A DNA stretch of 64,000 bases from Octopus vulgaris (lineage: Eukaryota): positions 24,056,001 to 24,120,000 of the forward strand of contig OX597815.1 in NCBI GenBank assembly GCA_951406725.2, in the 5' to 3' direction. The position numbers were made by a program, and so were the translations under genes. Shown here piece after piece: positions 40,584-53,800 of the stretch. A model generated the notes under the pieces. The model searched no databases. It had not been told where the DNA came from and saw nothing but the letters and a program-made list of their open reading frames with translations. How positions within the stretch are numbered: position 1 is the stretch's first letter; every line of letters begins with the position of its first letter.

Positions 40584-42116
40584 ATGAATAATTTCATAAA
40601 AGGCCCTATCGTGATTAAAAACATTTCTATTGTATGTACGTACGGTTATTTTTTCGTAAGCAATGAATGTATAAATATATAAACATTGATTTACGGTGGT
40701 ATTTTCCTCTGATAAACTGAGTAAATATGTGATTTTTACTTATTTACTATGAATAATCTTTATATTAGTACGAATAAATAGATTAGAATAATCATTGTAT
40801 ATAATCATATATCTTTTTGAATAATTATGCATATATAAATATTTTTTGTAGACCCTGTAATATTTAGTATATATCAACATATTACGTTCTTTCGAACTTG
40901 TGTACACACACAGCTTTACAGAATAATAAAAATATTGGCTTACTTCAATTTATTTCCTTCTGTAAAACTAAGTAAAATTCTGATACTTTATTATTATCAT
41001 CATTTTTATGTAAGAAATAGTATAGTTTATAATAATCTGAACTTTATACATTTGTTTAACATCGGCGTATTTAGTAGAAACTTTTGCGTGAATGGATCGT
41101 TGAATTTAGTGTCTGGATAAAATATATCCTTTTTTTTTTCATCATAGTATAGAGTAATTTTAAATAAAATATATTTCCTACTCCACCATAAATTCTTAAC
41201 ATATTATATAAATCTTATAATACAATTTCCTCACGTAAAACTCGGAGTTTTACGTGAGGAAGTTATGTCGGAGTAAAGGGGGAAAATAGCAAGAAAGAAA
41301 TTGAAGACTTGTAGGTGAAACTCATTCAGAACCAATGGGAGAAATTAGGAAGAAAGTATTCTCACATACATCCGTATGGAAACTACAAATTAACTAAGTG
41401 TGAGCATATCATTATGCAGGGAGCATAAAATATATCAAGATAGAAATGACTTCGCTTGTTATTTATTGTACTTTGAGCGACTATTTAGAGGCCATCTTTG
41501 TATGTGTATGATGGTAAAAGTAAGCCCAATAATAATACAATATTCATTTTTGTCAGCAAGTACACAGGACAACTACGAGCGTGGTCCGGTTTTATCTTGG
41601 TCTCATCAGAAAATCAAAGAAATGTAATTAATTATACTAGTCATTGATAATTATTATTTTGCATATTTCATGAAGGTTTTTTTTTTTAATGCCGTTTTTA
41701 ATCAAAAATGTTATCACTTCACACAACCACCACCACAGAGTCTATTTAGAAGTTTAAATAAAGGACAACGGTTCATTTTCCAATCGACACAACCACTCAA
41801 ACAGTTTATGGAAAATATCCCGTCATCTTTATTATTTATTCATTATGCTTTTATCATCTCTCTACATTTTGCATATATTTCATCGACACATGTTCTTAAA
41901 ACGTCAAGGTCATACTCGGTGGTCTTCTCTTGGACGATATTAAGGAATAAAATCAATATTTCGCATAAAAACATTGACACTTCTCAGCAGGCCAGCAAAT
42001 CGACATCAACTAGAGGTGTAAGAAAAGCCACCGCATAGGGTAAAGAACAAACGCAGCTAATGAGATCAAATAACTGGAAGCAGTGTAAGGTCCTGAAATT
42101 TGACAACTTTTATATT

Positions 42117-42172
<56 letters not shown>

Positions 42173-42222
42173 TGAGTGTGGGTATGCGCGTGTGTGCGTG
42201 TGTGTCCGTGTGGATGCGTTAC

Positions 42223-42252
<30 letters not shown>

Positions 42253-42254
<2 letters not shown>

Positions 42255-42650
42255 TTTATATATAAAAGTGAAGTTGTGTGTCTGTCTCCTACGATTTAGA
42301 TTCCTAACTACTCCCACATTTTGCGGTGCAGTTTAACCAAAACCGGGTATCTTATAGTCGTGATTCATAACGAGCCCTTCTGGGTATTAGCGCGCGTCTA
42401 CGATGAGTCTACGATTTAAAAAAAAAATTACCATCATTTTTTCCCATTTTAATGCATTTCTTTCGCTATTATATAAGGGAAGTAACTCTCTAAAAATGTC
42501 AACGATGAGTCAACGATTTAAAAAAAAAATTACCATAATTTTTTTTCCATATTTAATGCATTTTTTTGCTATTTTTTGGCTATAACTCTCTAAAAATGCT
42601 TATATAGTTATTTCCCTTACAAACCCAAGCAACGCCGGGCGATACTACTA

Positions 42651-42651
<1 letters not shown>
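42253..42651 (+). mobile_element. Non-autonomous Helitron
   Basis: 5' TC, 3' hairpin plus CTAG; homologous to 6044-6556. Confidence 0.88.
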
Positions 42652-42710
<59 letters not shown>

Positions 42711-43156
42711 ATATATATATATATATGACAAAAAATAATTTTTGTTTCTTTTTATGGAAACAAAGGGGTTTATAGGACTGCAAAAAAGAAGTGCTCAAAT
42801 GAAATTGAGCCAGAGATAAAAAAAAAAAGAACATTGATCATAGAACAAACATCAAATTCGAGTCAACGACTTTATATATAGCACCATACCTCCAAACATT
42901 AGATCATATATAAATACTACCATGGCTCTTAAACATATGAAGCATACATATATATATATATAAAACACACAGAAGGTAAACACTATATATGCCATGGTTT
43001 TATGAATTGGTTTTATGAAATTAATCTTTTTGACGTACTTTTTTGTTTGAGGGGAGTAAGGAAATTTTTTTAGTCTATTGATATTTTATTTAATTTAGAT
43101 TTTTAGTAACATGACACGCTTTAGAATTTTTAGTCGATTGTCTAGACAATCGACTA

Positions 43157-43220
<64 letters not shown>

Positions 43221-43349
43221 ATATATATGTATGTATGATTTATACGTTTAAGAGCTATGGTAATATTTATATATGATCAAATGTTTGGTGGTATAGTGTT
43301 ATATATAAAGTCGTTGACTCAAATTTTTAGGTGTGTTCTATGATGAATG

Positions 43350-43391
<42 letters not shown>

Positions 43392-43416
43392 AAGCAACAA
43401 GAATGACTCCGGTAGT

Positions 43417-43502
43417 TTGGCACAATCGTTTCGTACTACATCATTTTATTAAATGTTGTAAGTATTACAACAGATTTAAGATGCTGAGTACTCATCAGCC
43501 AA
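43417..43502 (-). ncRNA. Hammerhead ribozyme motif, probably inactive (GUG triplet)
   Basis: UUGG-CUGAUGA-GUACU...AGUAC-GAAA-CGAUUG-UG-CCAA. Confidence 0.7.
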
Positions 43503-43550
43503 TTATAGAGGTTTTCCATTAATACAAAAATTTTCAAATCAAGTGGCAAC

Positions 43551-43623
<73 letters not shown>

Positions 43624-43624
43624 A

Positions 43625-44179
43625 ATGAGATAGGGGTTGAAAATTCAACCCACCATGGGATAATATATATCCAATATACTGCTAGATAGGTACCCAACAA
43701 GACTAATACATAGATGTTAAAAATTGCCAAACAATCAGTTCATCTATTGTATTATATGGGTAAAGGTAATAATATTACCGTAAATTAATTCTACAAAATT
43801 AGAGAATGGAGAAACATACTTAAATCAATAAAACATCAACTATCAGATGATACCCAATCAATACTTTAATACACCATTACATATCAGTAAAGGCATTATA
43901 CAAAATATACAGTAAGAGTAAATAGACAAAGAGATATAAGTATAAAATTTCAAATATAATATGTAATTAAATCAAATCTGACAGCTGTTTCGGCAGTGAG
44001 GGCAGTCATACCTCATTTAACCTATAAGCCATAAAGGCAGGTATAAATGAGGCATTAACAAGGATGCCCCACGGCCTCTTCAGAGAATTAAATTTGTTTG
44101 GTGTATTAAAGTATTGATTGGGTATCATCTGATAGTTGATGTTTTATTGATTTAAGTATGTTTCTCCATTCTCTAATTT

Positions 44180-44183
<4 letters not shown>
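43625..44183 (-). mobile_element. Penelope-like/retrozyme-type terminal repeat with an inverted segment
   Basis: Contains a hammerhead motif; 85 bp inverted duplication 43792-43876 / 44099-44183; one end homologous to 15261-15440; flanked by (TA)n. Confidence 0.65.
43974..44089 (-). ncRNA. Type I hammerhead ribozyme with extended stem II
   Basis: UCU-CUGAAGA-GGC...GCC-GAAA-CAGCUG-UC^-AGA. Confidence 0.82.
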
Positions 44184-44213
<30 letters not shown>

Positions 44214-45033
44214 AACTTTAGGTTAGTTAAGATACGTTTGTAACACTATATCTGACCGGTGTCACACCCTGTTGGATTCCCAGACATCGATGCTTCTAGT
44301 TCTTTAGCTGTTGTCAGTGGGAAACACCTAAGAGAGTCAACTCAGGACAGACCTTATCTGTCTTTAACTAAACTGCAGTGAACAACATCGAGTGATTTGT
44401 GACAGTGCACGTACGCATACATGAAAGACTTACATATAATTCCCAGTAAGTTAAAATTCCACGGTCAAAATATTGATTAACTCGAAGCTAAGCTAGAGTA
44501 AACTAGAATAAAGTTTACGCTTTGTGCGATTGAACCTAGTGCCACGCAGTTACGAATAAACTTCTTACCCATAACCACACGGGCACAATGTTGCATGTGT
44601 AGCGTTTATATGATGTGGTATGATTACATTCATTTTAGTATTCCATGTGTATTTAATGCAAATTTTCTGTTGTATTAAGGTCAGATGTTATAAGCCAAAA
44701 TAATCAAGCAAATTTCAAATAACGTTTAAACAAAAGTACTATTAACTAGCAACAATATTACGTTTAGATAAACAAATGACTAGGCTTTAATCTCCGTGGA
44801 ATCAAAACGATAGCAAATTGAAACCACTCAAAAGTATTATAAAGAAATATTCATTTAAAGTATTTAACTGTCGAATGAGGGGCCAAGTCGAATACATCGA
44901 CACAGGTTCTCATCTTATTGCACTTGCTTTAGCGACTTCGAAAGGATGTGAAGCAAAGTCAACCTCGGTGGAATTTGAACTCAGAACGCACGAAGTGCTA
45001 CTAAAGCATTTTGTTCAGCGTGCTAATGATTCT

Positions 45034-45819
45034 TGTTTCTTTATTGCCCACAAGGGGCTAAACATAGAGGGGACAAACAAGGACAGACAAACGGATTAAG
45101 CCGATTACATCGATCCCCAGTGCATAACTGGTACTTAATTTATCGACTCAGAAAGGATGAAAGGCAAAGTCGACCTCGGTGGAATTTGAACTCAGAACAT
45201 TACGGCAGACGAAATACCTATTTCTTTACTACCCACGAAGGGCTAAACACAGGGAGGACAAACAAGGACAGACAAACAGATAAAGTCGACTATATCGACC
45301 CCAGTGCGTAACTGGTACTTATTTAATCGACCCCGAAAGGATGAAAGGCAAATATCGACCTCGGCGGAATTTGAACTCAGAACGTAGTGGCAGACGAAAT
45401 ACCTATTTCTTTACTACTTACTAGGGGCTAAACATAAGAGGGGACAAAAATGACAGACAAACGGATTAAGTCGATTATATCGACCCCAGTACGTAACTGG
45501 TACTTAATTTTTCGACCCCGAAAGGATGAAAGGCAAAGTCGACCTCGGCGGAATTTGAACTCAGAACATTACGGCAGACGAAATACCTATTTCTTTACTA
45601 CCCACAAGGGGCTAAACACAGGGAGGAGAAACAAGGACAGACAAACGGATAAAGTCGACTATATCGACCCCAGTGCGTAACTGGTACTTAATTTTTCGAC
45701 CCAGAAAGGATGAAAGGCAAAGTCGACCTCGGCGGAATTTGAACTCAGAACGTAACGGTAGACGAAATACCACTAAGTATTTCGCCCGGCGTGCTAACGT
45801 TTCTGCCAGCTCGTCGCCT
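45034..45819 (-). mobile_element. SINE family A tetramer
   Basis: Four tandem ~185 bp bodies and one head at the 45819 end; older degenerate copies nearby (44870-45030, 45870-46262). Confidence 0.9.
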
Positions 45820-46399
45820 TTTCCCGTTTTATAATAACGATTTAGTCACAACACCACACATTTTCAGAGTGGTAACAGTTTATTTAATCGATCTCAGTAT
45901 TTGGTTTTCAATATATTTACTGAAATCTTGAAAGGATGATAAGAAAAGCTGGGCTCGGCAGGAATTGAGTTCAGAATCTAAAGAAATGTATTCAATAACT
46001 GCAATGCTTCGTCCGAAAGCCTTCTGATTTAATATTTATGTCGCTGACTACAAGGTGGCGAAATGGCAGAATCGTCAGCGCACCGGGCAAAATTCTTAGT
46101 GGCATATCGTCTGTTCTGGGTTCAAATACCGCCGTGATCAACATTACTTTTTGTCCTTTCGGAATCGGTAAAATAAGTACCAGTTGAGAATTGGCATCGA
46201 TATAATTGACTAGGTTTCTCAACGGAAATTGCTGGACTTGTACCAAAATTTGTAGCCAATATTTATGTCATTGATTAATTAATGATTACCTAAATCATTT
46301 AAAATTGCAGTGATGTTGTAAAAATGAGCTTGGGCATAATCAATAACTCGCCTGAATACAAAATAGACTTTAGATTCGAATAATAGCTAAGAGTGAAAT

Positions 46400-47363
46400 A
46401 CGAATAGATATGATGTCATCTTCGCTGCGATACTGCTTCTTTCGATACCCTTTTCGTCAGTTTTCCTGGGCATTTGATCTTGATAACCTTTCGTGGCTAC
46501 CTCAGCAAGTTGGTATGGTACTCTCCATTGATGGCGTGGTCCTTCTGAAGATAGTCAATTAACACAAAGCCTTTTGCATCCCAGAAAACTGAGTCGATCA
46601 CCTTCCCTGCAGATGAAACAACTCTCGCGCAGGTGAGGATGGGTGTTTCCACTGCATGGATTGTCTCTTTATCTCTGGCTCAAAGCGATGAAGCCAACAC
46701 TCGTCCTGGGTTACGAAACTTTCAAAGAAACCTGCTGGGGCTGCCTCAAACCATGTCAGATTTTCCCATGATGTGATCAACCTGGCACGCTTTTGATCGG
46801 GTGTCAGAAGACGTGGCATCCCCACCCACCGAGCAGAAAACTTCGTCATGCCAAGTTCATTGGACAGAATATTCTCAACTCTCTCACGGGATATACTAAT
46901 AACATTGGCTAATTGATTTATAGTCAATCCCTTGCCATTCCTCAGCATGTGATGAATGCAATCGATTTTTTCCTTGGTGGTGACAGTTACAGGATGTCCA
47001 GACCTTGAGTCATCTTCAAGGCTCTCCCTTCCCTTCCTAAATTCAGCTGCCCACTCTTCCACAGTTGATAAAGCTGGAGCATCCTCCCCCAATATAGCAA
47101 TCATGTCAGTATGAATGTACTTGGTGGGACTAACGCTTTTTTCTGCAGGTACTTGGTTACAGCACAATGCCAAATTTCGTCGATTTTCAAAAGAAGTCGC
47201 TACTAGTTACTTCTGAAGTGTTCTTTGAACCGTCAGATGTCAGTTTACCCGGAAAGAAATAATGCAGTTATTAATAAAAGAGTTGAAATTAACGCATGCT
47301 AGATTTCACAGCTCTAGCAACACTCCTCTATAGTCAGCCAATGTACTTTTCAGCCCACCCTCG
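46400..47363 (-). mobile_element. Mariner transposon remnant
   Basis: ORF 46598-47173: W..EF..GR.SLEDD.RSG.P, ARWV..PRLLT, VTQDECW; TA-CGAGGGTGGGCTGAAAAGT terminus. Confidence 0.9.
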
Positions 47364-47649
47364 TAACTGCAGTTTCATTTGTCGAATCTTCAGAACGAGG
47401 ACTATTTTCGATGATTCAAAAGATAAACCTATACTTAAAAAGTATTCTTGAATTTATTCAGCATCATCCTTAATTTGCTTTATCATAATTCTACTTCCAG
47501 TATTCACTGTTATTTAATCATTTCTAACCGTTTTATATATTGTGCAATTACACATACATATATACATACATACATACATACACACATACATACATACATA
47601 CATACATACATACATACATACATACATACATACATACATACATACATAC

Positions 47650-48208
47650 AAACATGGTGGTTGCCCCCTCGTTATCGAGTATGGCCATTGCATGAAGCTT
47701 AATCGATGTTGTTATCGTGCAATGACTGTACAAGAAGATTTTTTTTAAAGTGAGGAAAGGCTGTGCACTGAGTCAATCCCACTCACTAAGCAACAGCAGC
47801 CATAATCCGAAAAGAAGAACAAGTCAACATCATCGGTAACCACTAAGCCGCAGGTTTTATGTCGGAGTTATCCCAGTTACCTGAGTTACCTTCTCCTAGA
47901 AGGATGCCCTAACAAAGACTAGGAGTCCTTCACTCCCAATGGTTTAACCGCGTGATCGGGTATTCAGTCCGATTATTTCTATGTCCCCGCGCATGATACA
48001 GCCTTAAGACATTTATTGGATGGCCGTTGACTCTCAAGAGTTCCTCCGCCCTTTGACGGGTTTTGTTTTTCATCCTGCAGGGTGTCCAATAAACACCCTC
48101 CTCACCAAGTAAGCTTGGTGGGGTTGCCGGTTTAGTCGCCGACGACCAGACCATGCAATAGGTTGTACTGGGTTACATGTTACCAATAGCACTCGAAAGT
48201 GACCTGAC
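47650..48208 (-). repeat. Probable LINE (RTE-like) 5' region between (CATA)n tracts
   Basis: GC-richer island between microsatellites; family and strand are tentative. Confidence 0.35.
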
Positions 48209-48829
48209 ATGCATACATACATACATACATACATACAACATACATACATACATACATACATACATACATACATACATACATACATACATACATACATACA
48301 TACATACATACATACACATCTGTATGCATATATACATACAGAAGAAAGTCTCCACTGTTGAACCTATGAGTTCCATTAATCCATGGAATTGTTGGAAGAC
48401 TATTTTGCAGACATTGTATCCGTATAGAACTTTTAGGCCAAAACCCATCCCTTCCCAAAAGACGTCAAACCCCAAATTAACAAAGTATTCACTAATTAAA
48501 GAGTGTCCTAATTCATTAAAAAAAAAATTAATTGGGTTTTTTTCTAGGCGTGACAGATTTTAAATGAGAATTAATGGTCATTATTTCCAGTAATAATGAT
48601 CGCTTGAAATAGTACAAGCATTTAATTTGTATGATAAAAAGGCGAAAAAAAAAGTAGTTAAGTGCATGTCCTTTCTAAAAACATTAGTACTGTTAGTAAA
48701 ATTATTCATCCGCTAATGAACCATAGAGTAATTTTATCAACTGTAAAAGGATAAAAAGGTAAAGCAAACTTCAGTGGAATGTCAACTAAAATGGCATTCT
48801 ACGGTTATCTGTTAGAAAAATAACTATAC

Positions 48830-48984
48830 GAACCACATGGTTCCGGGTTCAGTCCCACTGCGTGGCACCTTGGGCAAGTGTCTTCTACTATAGCCTTGGG
48901 CCGACCAAATCCTTGGGCCGACCAAAGCCTTGTGAGTGGATTTGGTAGACAGAAACTGAAAGAAGCCCATCGTATATACGTGTG

Positions 48985-49052
<68 letters not shown>

Positions 49053-49260
49053 TGTTTGTCCCCTCCCAACATCGCTTGACAACCGATGCTGGTGTGTTTA
49101 CGTCCCCGTAACTTAGCGGTTCGGCAAAAGAGAACCGAATAGAATAAGTACTAGGCTTCCAAAGAATATGTCCTGGGGTCGATTTGCTCGACTAAAGGCG
49201 GTGCTCCAGCATGGCCGCAGTCAAATGACTGAAACAAGTAAAAGAAAGTAAAAGAAAGAA
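48830..49260 (+). mobile_element. SINE family B
   Basis: Colinear with the 38934 copy; short internal duplication CCTTGGGCCGACCAAA. Confidence 0.88.
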
Positions 49261-49294
49261 AGAAAGAAAATATTAAAGTTAAGTCTAATCGATG

Positions 49295-49530
49295 TGCATG
49301 TGGCTTAGTGGTTACCGTGTTGGTCTCATGATCGTAAGATTGTGGTTTCGATTCCTGGACCGGGTGATGCGTTGTGTTCTTGAGCAAAACACTTCATTTT
49401 ACATTACTTCAGTCCACTCAGCTGGCCAAAATAAGTATTCCTGAGACGGACTTGCGTCCTATCCAGGCAGAGAATATATATATATACGTCACGGAAACCA
49501 GCCTAATGAGTCTATGTGACTAGGGAAGGA
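49295..49530 (+). mobile_element. tRNA-derived SINE related to family C
   Basis: TGGCTTAGTGG and GGTTTCGATTCC boxes; related to the 60865 copy. Confidence 0.65.
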
Positions 49531-49649
49531 TTTTTTTAAAATCGATTATTCCTCACAAACTGAAATAATAAATCAATAATGATAATAATTATCATATCTG
49601 ATTTAAGCACAAGATCAACAATTTTGAAGGAAGGGAGTAAGTCGATACC

Positions 49650-50090
49650 AATGGCCGAAAATAATAGACCGGACATAACAATTATAGATAAGGAAAAACG
49701 AAGTTACTTACTGATCGACCCATCATGTCCGTTTGATTCCAGGATCGTAAAGAAAGAGGACGAGAAACAACAAAAAAAGAAAGAAAAAGAAAATACAGTC
49801 CTTTGAAATTTGAAATAAGAAGAACTTGGAGCAAAAGAACAGAAAAGGTCGTGCCTGTAATAACTGGTACGTTGGAACAATAAGCAAAGATATGGACAAA
49901 TGATTGAAGAAGATTAGAATCGAATGCCCGTTAGAGCTCCTGCAGAAAGTTTGTCTCTAAGGGACAGCAAGGATTATCGGGGGGGGGGGGGGTTCTAAGC
50001 ACTTGAAAGACTGTTGAAAAAAGACTGTTGAAAACTTGTGGATACCTAAGGTAACAGGTAGTAATCCGCTACCCACATAAATCCTATCAG

Positions 50091-50091
<1 letters not shown>
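49650..50091 (+). mobile_element. R4/Dong-type LINE 3' fragment (second subfamily)
   Basis: NNRPDITIIDK...LLIDPSCPFD; ends at (AAT)n. Confidence 0.8.
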
Positions 50092-50187
<96 letters not shown>

Positions 50188-51096
50188 TTGGACTCAAGAG
50201 TGCGAGTGCTGATTTTAGAATGGAATTGGGACTCAAGAAGTGCGGAATAATCTACCTAAAAAGAGGCAAGGTACTGTCCCAAGAAGGGATTTAATTCCCG
50301 AATGGAGACTTGATTAAATAAATTGAAACGGAAGGCCACAAATACCTTGGTTCAACGAGATAATGGAGAAGGAATTAAAAGAGCAGCTTAGGATGGAATA
50401 TTTCCGAAGACTAAGGTTGGTGTCCACTCAAAATTGTCCGAACGGAATAAAATCCAGTTAATACGTGGACGAAAGCATTCCTTCGGTATGGAGCAGGATT
50501 TGTAAAATGGCAAAAGAGAGTGAGAGAAGTAATGAAAATGAATAGCAATCCCAGAAAAATGGTGACAGTACACGGAGCCTTCCACCGGAAGAGTGACACC
50601 GACAGGCTGTACTTGTCTAGAAGAAAGGGTGTGTGAAGTTTGATCAGTTGCCAGGACTGTATCGAAGCAGAGGAAAACATCTTAGGGTGGTGTTTAAAAA
50701 ATGCTGTGGTGCCATTGTTGAAACTTACGAAGAAGGTCGGCATCGTCAAACTGAAAATTGTGTAATGAAAGAAAAATTTAAAGAAGAAACGAACACATAA
50801 AAAAGAAAATGCATGGAAGGGAAAAATGCACGGTCAGTTTGCAAGAGATGTGAACGCCAAGACAGATACAGAGTACTGGTGGGTATGGATAAGAAGTGAC
50901 CTGAAGATGGAGACAGAAACACTCAAATGCGCAGCTTAAGAACAAGCATTAAGGACCAAGTATGTGAAGTGCAGAATTGACAACACTATCGACAGTGACA
51001 AATGCAGAATGTGTGGTGACAGGGGTGAAACTGTATGGCACATCGTTAGCGAATGCCCAAAATTGGCGCAACGCTGATACAAAAGACGCCATGACA
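50188..51096 (+). mobile_element. R4/Dong-type LINE fragment (RT end, thumb, zinc finger)
   Basis: GMELGLKKC, KYLG, DRLYLSRRKG, MHGQF, CRMCG..ETVWHIVSEC..LAQ..YKRRHD. Confidence 0.85.
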
Positions 51097-51171
51097 GATT
51101 TTGACGTTAAAGTATTTGAATTCCTACTGTAACCGCTGTGTCTATGAAAGATTGTATCCTATATATGCTTA

Positions 51172-51393
51172 TGCGAGAGGGTACTGAAAGGTTCCTGACT
51201 TTAAGGGTATCGTAAAAAGCCTGGTTGGAGGTTCAATCTTCCGAGTTCTTTTACATGACTTATAAAAAACTGAAAGACCACTGTAATAAGTATGAGGATC
51301 TGAGAGGGAAATATGTTGAATAAAATAATAATTAACTGATCCCACTGTATTTTCTCTTATCCAGAGCCAGGAACTTTTCAGCACATCCGCGTA
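51172..51393. mobile_element. Mariner-derived MITE
   Basis: TIRs GGTACTGAAAGGTTCCTG / CAGGAACTTTTCAGCAC; retains a transposase 3' end (GKYVE*). Confidence 0.6.
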
Positions 51394-51564
51394 TGTGTGT
51401 GGATATGCGTATGTGCATGTGTAAACTTTTGCATGTGTATGCATACTTATATATGCCTGTATTTCATTATATTTTTCCCTTGCTTCTAATTTGACATTCT
51501 CTACCATTCAAGTAGTGTTGTCGACACGCTATAAGTTCTTAACATTTCTTTATTTATTTCTTTA

Positions 51565-51652
<88 letters not shown>

Positions 51653-51854
51653 TGTCTATACTCAGTCTTATAAATACATTAAGTACCCGAGGCTCCCAAC
51701 TTCTAAGTGCCGGTCAGTACCAGGCAGATATTTTCTGCTCTAATTACCTGACTAGTAATTTCCGGTCTTATTTTCGCACTATTTACATACCTTATACAAC
51801 ATCGAAAAACAAGAATATCACACACTGACACGCGCGCGCGCACACACACATATA

Positions 51855-53052
51855 TTGGGTCATCCCATAAATAATACGGTCTTTTTTACTTTTACTTTTC
51901 AAAATCAAGATAAAGTTCTTTTTTAATCTAAAATATACTCTTCTTCATTTTCTACAATGTTCTTCCATCTATCTACTAGACTTTCAAGACCTTCTTCTAC
52001 AATTTACTTGTTTGTAACGAAAAATACTCCTCCAGTATAGCTCTGGCCTCGTCAGAATTCATATTTTTTCCATCCAAATGATTTTGAAGACTGCGGACTA
52101 AATGAAAATCAGATGGGGCAATGTCCGGCGAATACTGGGTGTGGCATCGTTTTCCATTCAAACTGCTCCAGCCTTTGTAATGTCCTCCTCGCTGTATGTA
52201 GCCGAACATTATCCTGATGGAAGAACACCTTTCGTCTTGAAACCAAATATGGTCATTTTTCTTCTACCGTTGACTTAAGCCGCTCAAGTTGCTCACAGTA
52301 GATCGCATTTGTTATCGTTTGATTTGGGTTTAAAGGTTCAAAGTTGACCAAACCTTTCATATCCCACCAAACAGATAATAACACATTACGTTGGTGAAGA
52401 CCCGTTTTAGCTTGGGTGCCAGTGTTTTTTGTTTCCCTACCCACTGTCTTCGGCGCTTGACATTTTTATAGAGAACCCATTTCTCGTCATTAATCACTAT
52501 TCGATCCAAAAAAGGTTCATTCGTGAGATGTGATAGTAAAGAATAGCATACATTTACTCTGCGCGCGATTAGACTTGGAAAGTTTGTGAGGAACCAATTG
52601 ACCCAATTTGCTGACTCTTGCGACGCACGCAGTCGTCAATGAATGGTTGAATTACCAAACCAAGCTTCTCTACTAGTTCCTCAACAGTTACGTTGGGATT
52701 TTGTTCCTCCAGGGTTTGCAGGACGTCCAAGTCAAGCTCTACAGATCTTCCAGCTTATTGTCCAATCCCCAAAGACTGCATTAATATTCCTCGCACATTC
52801 TGTTGCATTGTTGCCGTTATTGAACTCATAAACCAAAATATGTTGTATATATTCCTTTGTCACTTCCATTATAGCTTCGAAAAAATATCTGTTAAACTCG
52901 AACTGCACTCTTCAAAATTTGCACTAAGAATAACTACAAGGTAAAATTACTACCTACTTTTACAGCAAGTTGATGCAGGTAGTTTATCCCGTGCCCCGCC
53001 AACTTTTAGTTCATGCAATTGAAAAAACCGCATTATTTATGAGATGACCCAA
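51855..53052 (-). mobile_element. Mariner transposon with both TIRs and a decayed transposase
   Basis: TIRs TTGGGTCATCCCATAAATAAT / ATTATTTATGAGATGACCCAA; VPHKL, INDEKWVLY, LSVWWD, FHQDN, YSPDIAPSDFHL. Confidence 0.92.
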
Positions 53053-53329
53053 TTCTAACCAAACTCGTGATATGGCAAAAGCAAAAGCAATTTCGAAGGA
53101 CGACAAAGTTATTGGTATAATAAATCCTTTGTGATAGAGAATGTGCAGTATTTTGATGGTCACTTGTATTTTTAAAACAACTTTTATTTGATTTTCTCTA
53201 AAGCCACTCACAAAGCTTCGGTCGGCTCGAGGATATAGTAGAGGGCCCTCACTCAAGGTGCTATGCAGTGGGACTGATCACGGAACCATGTGGTTAGGAA
53301 GCAAATGTAGGAAGCCTGCGCCTTTAAAT

Positions 53330-53800
53330 GTGATACCATTTGATGACATTCAGATTCTAGGTATCAAAACTCGTCGTCTAGTTGTGATACCACTTATTAG
53401 TGAAGGTTCAACACAGTTTTTATTAAGACTGAGAACACAAAAGCTTTCAAAATTAGAACATTTAATGCCATTCCAGAAGGAGTGAATGAGTTCAGAAATT
53501 CAGTAGAGCGCATTCAACTTCCAGTTGGTCGTCACTGATTTATCTCTTGTGAAAATATTTTTGAGAATTACGAGGAAGGAGCGTCAGTACTTCATTGTTG
53601 ATTGCAAAACAGTCTGTGTTTTGGGCTGAGAGAATGACACGTGATAGCTTCTCTTCCTGTTACATTTTCTTCTTGATCCACATGTTTAATATATCATATC
53701 TCACATATAAAACTATCCTCCACATATTTCTCACACACACCAGTTTCACCACTGGCAATGCTTATCTAAGCAAGAATCAAGCAAATCATGATGCAAAAAA
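53330..53800 (-). mobile_element. Helitron RepHel PIF1-type helicase fragment
   Basis: VILSAQN.D...INNEVL..LP, EFLNSFTPSGM, RVLIPRI. Confidence 0.75.

Noticed and set aside
45034-45819. Regularly spaced repeats suggesting a CRISPR array
   Set aside because: Whole ~185 bp units repeat with no unique spacers; eukaryotic SINE context.
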